The position numbers and the translations under genes were made by a program. This document shows, one piece after another, positions 1-12,544 of a stretch of DNA of 64,000 nucleotides. The stretch spans positions 584,515-648,514 of the forward strand of contig OZ316897.1 of the NCBI GenBank assembly GCA_973895155.1, read 5' to 3'. Position 1 is the stretch's first letter. Every line of letters begins with the position of its first letter. The notes under the pieces were generated by a model, which was not told the origin of the DNA, did not search any database, and saw only the letters and a list, made by a program, of their open reading frames with translations. The DNA comes from Marsupella aquatica (lineage: Eukaryota > Plantae > Marchantiophyta).

Positions 1-272
1 GCTGTAAATATGGAGGGTTACAATCTATCATCCTTTTTTTCTGGTTCACCATAAGGCATGGCTTAATTCATTGTATATTGGCAGATTTTTCCCTCCTTCT
101 TCCAGATTTGGTTCATGAAATTTGAGCCACAAGATCCATCAAGGCATTGCTAAGCCCGGGTCTCATAAAGGTATTTTTCTGTCAATTCTTTTTAATATGT
201 TTAGGTAGGGATTATCAATGATGGTTTTGGTGAAGTTTTTACTAATCGCCTTCCAATTGCTATACTTGTCAG

Positions 273-3200
273 ATGTCTTCATCCTCTACAACTTCCACCA
301 CATCAGATTCCTCTTCCGATGAAGAAAGTCGTCCTCCTCCTCAGCCTGAACCAACCGTACGTCGACCTAGTGGTCCACCACGCCAACTTTGTGGTTGTAA
401 AAAATGTGTGGGGATGGTTGTCCAAAAGTCATATGTATGTGCGGAGCACATTGCTCGATATGGCCAACATCAAGGTCTTACACCGGGAGCTTCTTCATCT
501 CGTATGGTGAGTTGTAAACTTACTGTGATTTCCATTTTATTTTGTAAATCTTGCTAGGTAGCATAAAATAAAATTTGGGAGGTTCATCACACTCACTTGG
601 TTCCATTTCTTCCTATAGGTATCTAGTAGGCCTACACCCACTACACCAACACCCTATGTTCCCTCACAAGGAGTTCTAGATGCTATAGGCTCGGCACTTT
701 CACAAGCTTTTTGTTTAGTGGCAGCAGGGCAAGGTAGTGTTGGGACAATTCAGGGTGACGGTATTGTTACAAGAGGGAAAAAAAAGGTCAAAAAGACAGC
801 CTAGAGGGGAAGTGGATCAGTACACTTGTAGGGTTGATGGTAGATGGGGCCCTTGTACCTTCACAGGGAAGTGTGTTCCTATCATAAAGGATTGGAACCC
901 GGAGTGCCTTGGTTTGCCATGTGATATAACCTATGGTGAGGAGATAGAAGTTTGGGGAAGACGTTGGGTTGTCAAGAGTTCGACCCTAGGGGAGAGGCAT
1001 GGGTATGGGATTTTCTCTTGTCAGGACATTATTGTGGATGATATGGGTGGAAAAGGGCGCTCTTCGGATGGACCAACGTTATTCCCGTATGGTGGACCCA
1101 TTTACAAGAGGAGACATTGGAACATGATCCTTGTTCAACACCCTGAGTGGAAGACTTATGCATTGGACATGGATACTTTTGATGGTTGCACCAGAAAGTA
1201 TTGTGACCAGCGTATAATAATGGTGATCCCATCCGTAGTGGGAATATTGCCGGTTTCATCAACAGTACTGTGGGGACCCGGCCTAAGCGTAGGAAAAATT
1301 GTGAATGGGTTTTTGTTGATGGTCCCCCTCCAGCCCTTTATGGGCAGAGATATCATCATGACCATTGTCTAGTTGTAGCTAATAGGACCATTCTGGCTGG
1401 AGAGGAGTTGTTTACACATTATGAATGGGATTAGGATTACTTTAGGGACATGTATTATACGTTCATTGTATGTGAACGTATGTTTTGTAATGACATGTTC
1501 TTTTTATATTGTTAATAATATGTTTTGAGCACTACTATATTTGGAGTTAATTTCATTGTGAATGCTTTATTGTATTGTCTATAGAATGTGCGGCCTAGTC
1601 AAGATATGTTGCCAAGGAGGTTGAGAGCTACATATCAAGAAATGGGCTTGCCACAAGACGGGGAAACATCATCAGCAGATTCCTCATCAAGTGACAATGA
1701 TAATGACAGTCCAGATGAAGGGGCACCTCGGACAGATTATGAGGTCATGCAAGACCAAGAGTCAGCCATGGATGACTTCATGACAAATTGGTTTGGTGTA
1801 GACATTGGTGGTGAAGGAGGTGTCCCACCCAATGAAGCAGACCCTCCACCAAATGTTGCACATGATCCAAGGCCTCAACGTACACCTGAAGGACAAAAAC
1901 AATGGGAAGAAGCTGAGGCACATGCTAGAACACCTATTTATGGGGGTGCTCGTTTGAATAGACTATCTGCCATCTTGGCATTGATGAATCTTCAGGCAAA
2001 ATACAAGGCAAGCAATGCGCTACTATCGGATTTGTTTGCAATTTGCCATGATCTCTTGTTACCTAGTGAAAATGTGTTGCCAGGAACTTGGAAGGAGGCA
2101 AAGAGGGTTCTATCATCCATTGGCATGGAATATCATATCATTCATGCTTGTGTGAATGACTGCATTCTCTATCATGAGACCAATGCCAGCGCAACTGAGT
2201 GTCCAATTTGTCAAGAGCCTCGATATGAAACCAACATGTTGATCTCAAAGGTGCCTAGAAAAGCTGTTCGTTGGTTTCCTATTATTCCTCGATTGTTGCA
2301 CATGTACCGATGTTCTGACTTGGCAGAATTGATGGTATGGCATAAGACACATCGATCAGAGGCCGGTGTCATGCGGTTGCCAGTTGATTCCCCCGCTCAC
2401 AAGCATGTGGAGTCACAATGGCCAGAGTTTGCACGTGACCCTCGTCATGTGAGGTTGGGGTTGACATCAGATGGGGTAAGCCCACACTCCCTTGGAGGGA
2501 AAGGGCGCCCTACTTCGGTTTGGCCGGTGGTTGTTATGAATTACAACCTTCCCCCATGGTTGTCCATGAAAAAGGGATTCTTATTGCTATCATTGATTAT
2601 CCCAGGTCCATCTAAGGTAAAAAACATGGACACCTACTTGGCGCTCTTGGTTGGGGAACTCCATAAATTATGGGGGGGTGTATGGGCATATGATGGTCGG
2701 ACAACTACAGGAGGGTTACCACGTGTCTTCCAATTGAAGGGAATCATTATGTGGACCATGCATGACTATCCAGGTGAGTGGTATGGATTTGTATTTTTTT
2801 CATGTATTGGAGATCAAGTTTGTTTGGAAGGAAGTCCCTCTTTAATTCTATGTACATGAACTTTTCAATTCCTTTGACGCTAATTGAGAATGTTATTTTG
2901 TGAGCAGGGTTTGGGTTTGTTTCTGGGTTCCAAACTCAAGGGTACAAGGCATGCTCCACTTGTGGTCCAAGCCTTCACGATATGGCCAAGTACTCAAAAT
3001 GGATGCACAAGATAATCTACCTTGGTCATACCAAGTTTCTTCCACTTGGGCATCACATGAGGTCTGACCCCCTTTTGTTTTCAAACTTTGACATGATCAA
3101 TGGTGATGAGCGTGAGATACCTGACCGCACAACATTTTTGTATTGGAAATCCGTAGCTGATAGGGTGGCAGACCCTGAAGATGCCATGGGATTTTATGGT

Positions 3201-6200
3201 AGTGGATTGACAAGGTGGGGTATACTGGCCACTTTGCCCTATTGGCCTGAGTTGAAGATTCATCACTTGTTAGACCCCATGCATATAGAAGGAAATGTTG
3301 GGAAGGCTTTGATCAAGCACTTTTATGGGGAAAAGAACATTAATTTTAGGGAGGCATGCCAGGATCTAGAACGACATCCAGATGTATGGATAACAGTTGA
3401 TGAATCCACAGGGATGGAACATCGTCCTTCAGCTCCATGGGTTTTGTAATGCTGTACATTAGTTAGAAATGATGGAAATTTTATAAATTTTAAACTTTTT
3501 CTAACTCAAGGTACAATCTAGTTACCTTTTGTAGCAATTTAGATCAACTGAACACTTAACCTAATGTTATGCTTCATTGGAGGCTATTGCCTATATTGGA
3601 CAAGGATCGCCAATATAAATCCTTGCTCTTTACATGCTACCAAGAAAGAAGACTGGACATCATTGGAGAAGCAATGCAGACTAGAAGATTCAAGAACCGG
3701 CCTCCAAAACACTTTTTCAACAAGAATGAGCTCTGTATACAATTATCACAATCAGCCGATCTCTGCTATTTTAGTTAAATAGCTATCATGGTCAGAAAAG
3801 TCTCATACTTTTTCAGGAGGTAGTAGTTGCGTAGTAGAATCATCCCTGCAAGTTTCATCTCAAACCGACATGTGGTTTGAAAGTTAGAATTTATTTAGTT
3901 TTGCTGTTTTTCGCATAGCCGCGACTTCGCCGACGCTTTGTGAAGCGTCCTTTGTATTTTTGGACGCTTTGAAAAGTGTCCACCCAAGACCACGACGCTT
4001 TCTGAAGCGTCCGCCACCCAACCAGCTGTACTCCCACGCTCTGCAATCCACATGAGGAGCGACGCCCATAGAAGCGTCCGCTACCCCGAAGGCGACATCG
4101 ACACTACGACGCCACTGAAGCGTCCCACCCGAAGACCAGAAGACGGACGCTGCGGTCAAGACATCAAAGTTTCGACGACGCTTTCTGAAGCGTCCACAAA
4201 AGTCCTTTGTAGTTTTGGACGCTTTCTGAAGCGTCCACTATGTTCCCGACACTTAGAAAAATGTTTCAGTTTTCGCACTTTTATAACACCGCGCCAATTT
4301 TACCGATTTATTTGAGACACTTAGAGATCTCAGAAAAGTCTGAAACTTTGCCAGCATATAGACTATATGTAGTGGAGTACCCTAGAAAATTTTCAATTCA
4401 TTCCGACTCTTAGTTTGGAAGTTAAAATTAGATTAAGATCACTGTTTATTAGTTTTACCGCAAACACCGACGCTTTGTAAAGCGTCCGCTCAAACCTCGA
4501 CGCTTTGAGAAGCGTCCCCTGCATTTTCGACACTTTCAGCAGTGTCCATTCACTTTTCAAGGATGACCGTCATTAAGTTTATTCAAGACCCTTTAGATAT
4601 GAAAGGGCATATCCTTTCAGTATCTCAGTCTCCTTGGGTTCCTGCTAGCCTATATGAAGTGGAATTTGTGTCATTTTCAAGTGTGAAGAAATAAAGTAGT
4701 GCCTGTGGCATGTGCTGCAGTACTGTAATCACCTTTGCAAAGCTTCCGTGTGTTTTCGTATGGTATGGAGCTTGCAAATACAAAGGAATTCTTCTCCCTT
4801 CCTTGGTCTGAATGATTGAGAGTTTAGATCATTGAAGTAAAATTACTTGTATGAAGTTGAATCTCATAAGTATGAGGGAATAGATTTCTTAAGTGGTGAC
4901 AACCCATCTTCTTGAGTTCTTGATGCATAGTTTTTGGCGTGACATTGCTTGTGCATGGGATGTAAAGATTGTTACTCACCAATTACCTGTGACTTCAATT
5001 TGATCATGATGGTGTTTATTATTCGTGACTCAGAGTACCGACTGGATATCGAAGTGATTGATTACTAGTTTCTTCTAAGTACCTTTGGAAGGAAAAGTTG
5101 AGACGTGTTGACGGCATTTTAGTAATCATCCTAGTACAGTAATCCATTCCAAAAATGTTCTTACGGATATACCATCAAAATCACATCAAATGAAGTATTG
5201 ATGAGAAGTTTCCTTGGTGTTTTCCAGACTCCCTCATCATACCTCAAGATTTCATTGTGTTTTGTTATTTGTTTCCATTTTATTAATTGCATTTAAAATG
5301 TTTAGCAAACATTCAAATCTATGCCTTGTTGAGCAATCATAGTAAAAGGCTCAAACCTGTGTTTTTGTTACCTTAATCATTCATAAGTGTTAAATGATAG
5401 AAAATCATTCCTTTCTTGTTCTTCCATGGGATTGAATACCGAGTTTTGGACATTAAATGCTGATTTATGTCCTTAGTACAATACTACAGGTTTTGAGTGT
5501 TGGTGAAAGAAGAGAGTTTCGACAACGCATAGGGCAGATGCAGTTTCCTACAGGCTATGGTGCCAATCTACGTAAGGCTTTTGGGATGGAGGACAGTCAT
5601 AAATGGCCAATGTATCTCAAGACACATGATTATCATCGTTTACTACAACATATACTTCCTGTGGCAATCATAGGTTTGGGGAGTGAAGAAGTGCAAGACG
5701 CCCTTTGGTCATTGGGCACTTTGTTGAGATGGATATGCTCAAAGGAAATATATGAAGAATCTGAGATACCACGGATGGAGGTATTGGCAGCAAAGGTGGT
5801 ATGCAAGTTGGAGAAGGCCTTCCCTCCTTCCTTCTTTGATTGTCAGGTGCATCTTCTCGTTCATCTTGTGAGGGAGGTTGCCATTGCCGGTCCGGTGCAT
5901 TGTAGGTGGATGTATTGGCTGGAAAGGTATATGGCCGTGTTAAAGGCTTATGTACGGAACCATGCACGAGTGGAGGGGAGCATGGCAACTGGATACTTGG
6001 CAGCTGAGAGTATGTTTTATTGTAGTAACATCTTAGCTACCATTGATCCTAGTTGTCCACGCACTTGGATGGAAGAGAGGGAAGTGGAGGAGGACCGTTT
6101 AACAGGTGCAAAAAAAACACGCTTACTAACCGCAGTGGAGTTGACACAGGTTAGTACTTTCATGTTGAGTAACAGCAATGTGATGGAAGATTGGAGAGAG

Positions 6201-6905
6201 TTTTATGAGGATGCAAAGAGGGAGAGTCGTCGCCCAAGGATCTTTCCAAAGTTCCTTGAGTATATGAAGGAGAAAGTACTTCAGTTGGATGCTATGGTGG
6301 CCCAAGGTGAGAATGTATCACATTTTCCAGATATGACTCCTGAGGTTCGAACAATTGTTCATGGTCCTTTAAGACTTGTTCAGACCAGAACAGCAATGTG
6401 GACACAAGGGAGGCATTTCAGGATTTCTGACCTTGATGAGAAGAGGGGAAGAACTTTTGATTGTGGAGTTCAAGGGCAGTTCATGCAAGATTCACAAAGT
6501 AGCCGTCATGACACTAATGTGATCAGAGATGTGGTGCCTCACTATGGGAAGATTGAGGAGATCTTGATCATATCCTATGATGCCGATTCCAAATTTGAAG
6601 AGTATGTCTTCAAGTGTAAGTGGTTCAAAATTCACCTGGTTGGTGATAATCGCATGGTACTTCTTGATGAGTGTGGGTTTACTCGATTGAAGACATCAGC
6701 AACTAGCTTTCAACCATCTCATTGGCAAACATCTAAACCATTTACATTCCCAAGTCACCTTGAGCAGTGTTTCTATATTCCGTACCCACCAGACCCAGAG
6801 TGGTCAGTTGTTATACCGTATGTGCCACGGTCCCGTTCCATTATCTCGGAAAAACCTGACGTTATTATTGTGTCAAATGGAGGAGAGGATGAGGACCAGG
6901 TTTGA
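273..6905 (+). CDS. CACTA Tnp2/TnpD-type transposase; inferred exons 273-506, 1585-2773, 2908-3444, 5494-6905 (last break is a solo-LTR insertion)
   Basis: N-terminal CGCKKC...EHIARYG transposase-associated Zn motif. Transposase motifs IHACVNDCILY, CPICQEPRY, RHVRLGLTSDGVSP, WTMHDYPG, LDPMHIEGNV, LKTHDYH, HLLVHLV...GPVHCRWMYWLER, FKCKWF. GT/AG sites at 507/1584 and 2774/2907 keep the frame. Removing the LTR and one TSD restores APWVLSVGERR. Confidence 0.9.
619..1433 (+). pseudogene. SET-domain (lysine methyltransferase-like) exon inside the CACTA transposase gene, two frameshifts (~780 poly-A, ~1220)
   Basis: SET motif I (HGYGIFSCQDI) and FPYGGPIY. After the frameshift: DGDPIRSGNIAGFINST...NCEWV...LVVANRTILAGEELFTHYEWD*, matching the N-x-A-x-FIN and I-x-x-GEEL-x-x-x-Y SET signatures. 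AG acceptor at 617-618 is in phase with exon 273-506. Confidence 0.82.
3445..5488. mobile_element. Solo LTR (2,044 bp)
   Basis: Starts TGTAAT, ends ACTACA, with 5-bp TSD GGTTT (3440-3444 and 5489-5493). Interrupts the transposase codon. No coding capacity. 3' part resembles 13490-13734. Confidence 0.9.
3930..4548. repeat. About 10 dispersed palindromic GACGCTT-N4-AAGCGTC motifs within the solo LTR
   Basis: Examples: gacgctttgtgaagcgtc (~3932), gacgctttctgaagcgtc (~3994, 4177, 4218), gacgctttgtaaagcgtc (~4469), gacgctttgagaagcgtc (~4499). Confidence 0.8.
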
Positions 6906-7659
6906 TGCACTAGTAGTAAAACTTGTTGTGGGCCCAGAATTTGACCCTAAACTAACTATCATGGTTTTATTTATATTAACATATTAATTTTCTTCTTTTG
7001 TTTTACAAACACTTAATTGGACTTTAAAATTTCATCTCACTGTTATATATGCAACCCTAGCCGTTTCCAAAGCTATCCTCATGCATGCCACCTTTTTGAA
7101 AACCCTAGCTGTAACCTAAACACATGCATTCTCCATCTTGTAAAGAAACTCTCTCAAACATTTCCATTCTACAAACTTTTCAAACAACTCTCTTTGCAAA
7201 ACATTTTCAAGCTTGTCAAGAAACAACTTCTGAACACTTTGTGAATAACACACCATCGGTAATTGTGATGCCAATGGGTTCTCAACTTTGCGAATCAACT
7301 AGCTTTGGTAACTTGCGACTATTTATACTTCACAATATTGTGCAAAGCTAATAGGTTCACAAGATATATTTGAGTACGTTATTATCGCTAAATTATGAAA
7401 CAAAAGAGATCCAAATGCAGTCGCAATGGTCGCGGATCCACAAATAGTTTGCAAGACGAATAGTATCTGAAAGAGTTGCAAATTCAATCCGATCTCAAAA
7501 AAATTGCGAGGTATTTAGCTTCGCAACACTATGTTGCGAACCTTTGAGCATGGTTTATTGTGATGCGTGTTTGATCACAAAATATCTGAAGTCGATGACA
7601 TCGCAAGACCATCCCGGCGTAAAAAAAAACTTTGCAAAAGGGGCCAATATGTAGTAGTG

Positions 7660-10648
7660 ATTGTCAGGGCTATATCCCAGAAAGCAATGCTTTTGTCTCA
7701 CACCTTTGATAGGCAAACATTCTAGGCCTGAACTCCGCTCCACCTCTTGCACACCGACCTCCTAGAAAAAATGCCTCACACCTTGCTTCTTGTCATACTC
7801 CATTTGCTTTCCTAGGCAAAACCGGTCCTTAAGAAACTCGACCACATCCTTGGCACCCTCCATTGGATGCCCTCCTTCTTTCCACAACTGCTCCTTTCGA
7901 AGAGCTTGCTTCACCCCACCTCCTAGTCCATCCTGTGGAAGCAAGCATACAACAAAAATGCATCAAATCCTGCACGCTAAAAACTTCAAAGCTATCGCAT
8001 AAATCAGCACATAAAAATGTAACACTATTACATACTATAGACAATGAAGCAAAAAAAGGGCCTAGCAAGTAATTACCTGTACACCTTTCCCATGCCCCGA
8101 GGCATGGAAACACCACATTAGTGGGACCCCGTAGTCATGATTGTATTTTGCCACATAGGAAAAAGGGCGGCAAGCTTTAAACTGTGTTGCACACCCGTCT
8201 GACCACATAATGTGATTGTCTACAAAAATCTCTTTCTCTTTCATCCACTTCCAATGGAAATCCAAGCTGTGCTGCACAAAGAAGGTATCATGGCTATTGT
8301 CATCTGAAATAAAGAAGTGGTAATCAGCCTCAATAAATCTGGTGATCCTCTGGCCCATTTTGTTGTACACCACAGGATCCTCCTCCTTGTCATACTGGTG
8401 CCGGTAGGTGATCAGAACAAGAATAGTGACCTGTCTATTATCCTAGTGAAGGGATTGTACCTCATCTTGCGTTGCAAACGTGTAGTTCCCTGCAAAGTCA
8501 ATCGAACTCACTATGGTGCCTTTAGGAAAGGACTTGAGACAATTCTGGTACTGCTCAGCTTGCCATCTAGCATAGAAGTCATGTTTTATAAACGTTTCTA
8601 TAGTAGCTGTTACTTTTTCCATAAACACCACCATTGAGGTGACTTTAGTTACTAATCTAAGCCTCTTTCTAACCTTGGAAATCTCTGCATCATCACGATT
8701 CTGGACTTTCTTCTTTTTGGCACTCTTTGGCTTTGGTAAATCATCCAGGTTAATACACTCATATGTTTGCCACACCACAAACTCATCCTCTTCATCCACT
8801 CTTTCCTCCCATGGACACAACTCTAACAACCCTGGCCCACAGATCTCACAACTACCTAGTAAACAGTCCCTCTTGTGCCAAAGATCATCCTCTCCTTTCT
8901 TACATAAGGGCTGTGTGCACCACTCTCTCACAGAGCATTGTGTATACTTGTGAGCTTTGCAGGGTTCATCATAACTATTCAGACTCACATGAGTAGTGGT
9001 ACTGCAAGTACCGTCGACAACACTACCATCAATACTATGACTCACTCTAGCAACAATTATAGGGGAACAAACTACACATTGACATGTGCAACCCACAGGA
9101 TGTTGAGCTTGTCGTTGCTTGGCAAAGGCTTTGCAAAGTAGGTGCATCTCAACATGTTGCTTACAACAGCAGACATCCCTATCTTTCATTGTACATATGA
9201 AGTAAGGTTTGAGGGCTTGAAAAGATTGCAAACCGATAGTGTAAGCTTTATGTTCTTTCTTCAGCCATTCCTGGAACTTGAAAAAGTACTCTGCCTGTCA
9301 CCATGTGCAACATAAGTGAACAAAATGAGTAGTGCACAAAATAAACCAATATTGATTACAGACTTGCACTACTACACTTGCAAACTTACTACACGATTAG
9401 AAATGAGATGCACTACTACATAATTAGCAATTACCTCAGTATCCTCAAGGCGGTGAGTCCTGTGCTCCACATATTCATTCTTTGCAATCCTTTTTCATAC
9501 AAAATCCTTCTTGCCTGGATCAGGCCTGGTAAGCGCCTCCCAAAACCACGCAACATCACCTCAAATCTCCAGAGAAAGGCGATCAATCCTTTCCTTTCGC
9601 TGACCCATTGGAAAACGCAGTGTTGCATCACCATCTAGCAGAATTCTTTTCTTACTAGCAGATACACAGATGCTCTTTTGATACACAATGCTCGAGCAAG
9701 AGAAGATTGGTATCTTGCATCCACAATCTTGGGACCTATAAAAGAAGATAGTAGAATATCTTTGGCTGCTTTATGATCTTTACGCCTTGCATACTTGACT
9801 GTTTTCAAAGTGTTCTTTATATCATCGATAGTTGTACTCCATGACAGATCCGCTTTAGGGCAGCCTAGTGAAGTGGGGTGCAATTGAACCATTCCCTTAT
9901 GAGTCCAGAAACGCTCCATGATGATCTTCTTAGCAGCAAAATTATGTTGTCTCGTTAATTCGGAAAAGTGCTTTACCATCCCAGTGACAACTTGGGTCTG
10001 GCTACGGACACTTCTGTTTGGGATATCAGAGGCATCATAATTCTCGATTACCTCACCAAGTAGACACCTCTTCCTCAAACGAGACTTCTGTTGTCTCCTT
10101 CTAGTTGATGCACGCATAGCCTCTTGAGTTGCCACCCCTGTTGCATCTCCAAAAGACTGATCATTTGCATTGCACTCCTCCGCTGATCTCAACCTGGACT
10201 CCAAATCAATAGTTTGATTCTGCAAGTCATGAATTTGGTATTCCAAAGTTGCAAACTCCCCAGCCAATTGTAGCCAAATTTCATCCTTGAAGTTGTCAGC
10301 CTGCTCTCTTGCATTAGCAAGCAGCTTCTTTGCCTCTATTGCAGCCTCTCGTCCAGCCTGAACAAGCAACTTCTCCGCCTCTATGGTAGCCTTGTGTCTA
10401 GCTTGAGCAATCAACTACTCTACCTCTATTGCAGCCTTGTGTCTAGCCTCAGCAAGCAACTTCTTGGCCTCTATGGCAGCCTCCTGAATCACCAGCTTCT
10501 CTGCCTGCCCCTGAGCATCTTGTAAAGTTTCTTTGGCATGTGTTCTTACTGCATTCACTGCTTGCCCTGCCCTGCCCTACGCTCTCTTCTCTTAAAATTT
10601 TGTCGGTCTCTTTTGGCTTTCGCTGCTTCATCCCAAACACTACTCATG
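7660..10648 (-). pseudogene. Sola2-like DDD transposase, copy A (intron-containing, with stops and frameshifts)
   Basis: ORF pieces 9635-10414, 8443-9231, 8062-8373, 7762-7944, 7555-7752 contain SSIDFAGNY..QDEVQSLH, ISDDNSHD, WSDGCATQFK and FHASGHGKGVQ|DGLGGGVK. Confidence 0.8.
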
Positions 10649-11611
10649 ATGTTGGGTTAACACCATGAGATCATGTGTGAGGGTAGAGATTCACCCTACT
10701 TCAACCGCCCTTGAGCTGCCCTGTTTGTTCTCCTAAACGTAGAGTAATGCCACAGAGTAATGAAGGTCTAAATGCAGAGTAATGCCGCAGCTTCCTATCG
10801 CAGAGTAAGGAACATTCGCTACGAGGTCAGATGTTTACAGTCCTTAATATCCCTTAGACCACAATGCATGGCAATGCGACACAAAACGCAACATTGAAGC
10901 TCCAAACAGGAGCAAAAGAAGGTGAATGTCGAACACGAAAAGGACAAGGTAACACAAAAGTTCTGCAACGCGATGTCCGCGCTTGTTTCTCTCAATGTCT
11001 GGGCTTGTTTCTTGCAAGAAAAACTTACAAGTATAGTGCGGCTGTGAGTACCACCAAATTTCTGCAACGTACGCAATGTTTGGGCTTGTTTCTTGCAAGA
11101 ATAACTTACAAGTATAGTGCATCCGTGAGTACCACCAAATTTCTGCATCGCAATATCGGGGCAGCTTGTTTCCCTCGAGAAAAACTTACTCAAGATTAAG
11201 AAAAACTTACAGGTGTAGTGCGTCCACGAGTATATGACATGTAACGATGTTTGTAGAAGGACTCACGACCTAACGCGCCATGTACAATGGACTTGGGAAC
11301 TTGCATAGAGTTCAAACCATAGGGTCAACATGAGTTACAAGGTATTTAATTCCAAGAAAGTACTAAGCTTAGTACCTTAAGTGACAATGTCGGCTGTGGG
11401 TAGTGAAGGGCAACACCAAGGAAATCATCACCTTTACTTCTTGGGCTACAGAGTAATGCTTGTCTAATCTTGGCCACCCATTCAAATACATCTGAGCCCT
11501 TCCATGGTCCTTTTTGGCCTCCTTGTACATTTCAAGTACCAGATCCTCTATGGTATTTGAAATGTGACATTTGTGACATCAAATAATACCCCCTCTAGCT
11601 TGCTTTTGGCC
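7660..11611 (-). mobile_element. Sola2-like DNA transposon copy A (transposase-side half; rest displaced out of the window by the CACTA)
   Basis: TIR GGCCAAAAGCAAGCTAGAGGGGGTATTATTTG ends at 11611 on the minus strand. Near-identical to 54022-57917. Truncates the DNMT ORF right after motif VI. Confidence 0.88.
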
Positions 11612-12225
11612 AACAATGGCACATTCTCCAAAATGTATGCTGGAGACTGTGTCTGATTTAGCTGGAGATGACGCAACACCCATAACATCTCCCAAAACAA
11701 TGTAGAGCGTGGATCATGAAGTCCATATCCAACGCCAACTCTAGATTGGCCCTGACATGGCCAACCAGCAATCACCAAATCAATGGAGCCAACACAATGC
11801 AGATGATCCACCCCCAACAATGAAGTATCAACAGGTAGTGCATGCTGATAACCACGAACAACATCCACTGGCAACTACTATGGATATCTATCCACCAACA
11901 TAGCCACATGTCGCAATGAGACCCTCCATGCTGTCTCATCTGTCTCCATATACAAATAATGACGCACAGGAATTCCTGCCTGAAGAACAGCAGCCAATCC
12001 AGTGCTAATCCCACCAAAAAGATCCAACAAACAAATACCCTCCGATGGATACTGCCAAGCAATAGGAGTGGTATCCAATGGTGAAAGAGTCACGGTCCAT
12101 CTGCAAGAGACTGCTCTGCTCCTGACTTGGTGTAAAAGCATGACACCATGCATTATGTACCAATCGTGTTGTTGCCTGTGGCAAGGCCTGTGCAGTGCCC
12201 CACACTGGTGGCACAACACTACCAA
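11612..12225 (-). pseudogene. C5 cytosine DNA methyltransferase domain (DNMT3-like), motifs I-VI, embedded in a retrotransposon pol
   Basis: Motif I LLDLFGGISTG, motif II YLYMETDE, catalytic motif IV DLVIAGWPCQ, GLHDPRSTLF, motif VI YILENV. Two tandem TAG stops at 11875-11880 between in-frame ORFs. Confidence 0.9.
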
Positions 12226-12544
12226 TAGGTAATCCCCACATTATATGCTCCTCATGAGACTCCTCCAATGGTGGAACATCTGCTAAATGCGCATTACCCT
12301 CAATCAAATCATCAGGTCCAGTAATTACACCACTGAATGTTGCCAAAGACAATGGTATGGATTTAGGGCCTCCCATAGGTCCACTAAATCTCACTGGCAA
12401 TTTGCTCAATCGAGCATCTCCTAACTACCAATCAGGTCTATATGACACTGATTCCTCCAAAAAATCAAGAATAAATCCCATGGGGTAGAGCACTGTACAT
12501 CCCACCAACACATCATATGACTCTACCTTAGTCAGAATAGCTCG

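Larger units (their letters stand above)
1..7659 (+). mobile_element. CACTA/EnSpm DNA transposon (left end outside window), inserted into the transposase of Sola-like copy A
   Basis: Right terminus ...GTAGTAGTG at 7659 (reverse complement CACTACTAC). Homology to the Sola-like transposase at 54022 ff. starts at 7660 (ATTGTCAGGGC). Contains a Tnp2-type transposase. Confidence 0.88.
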
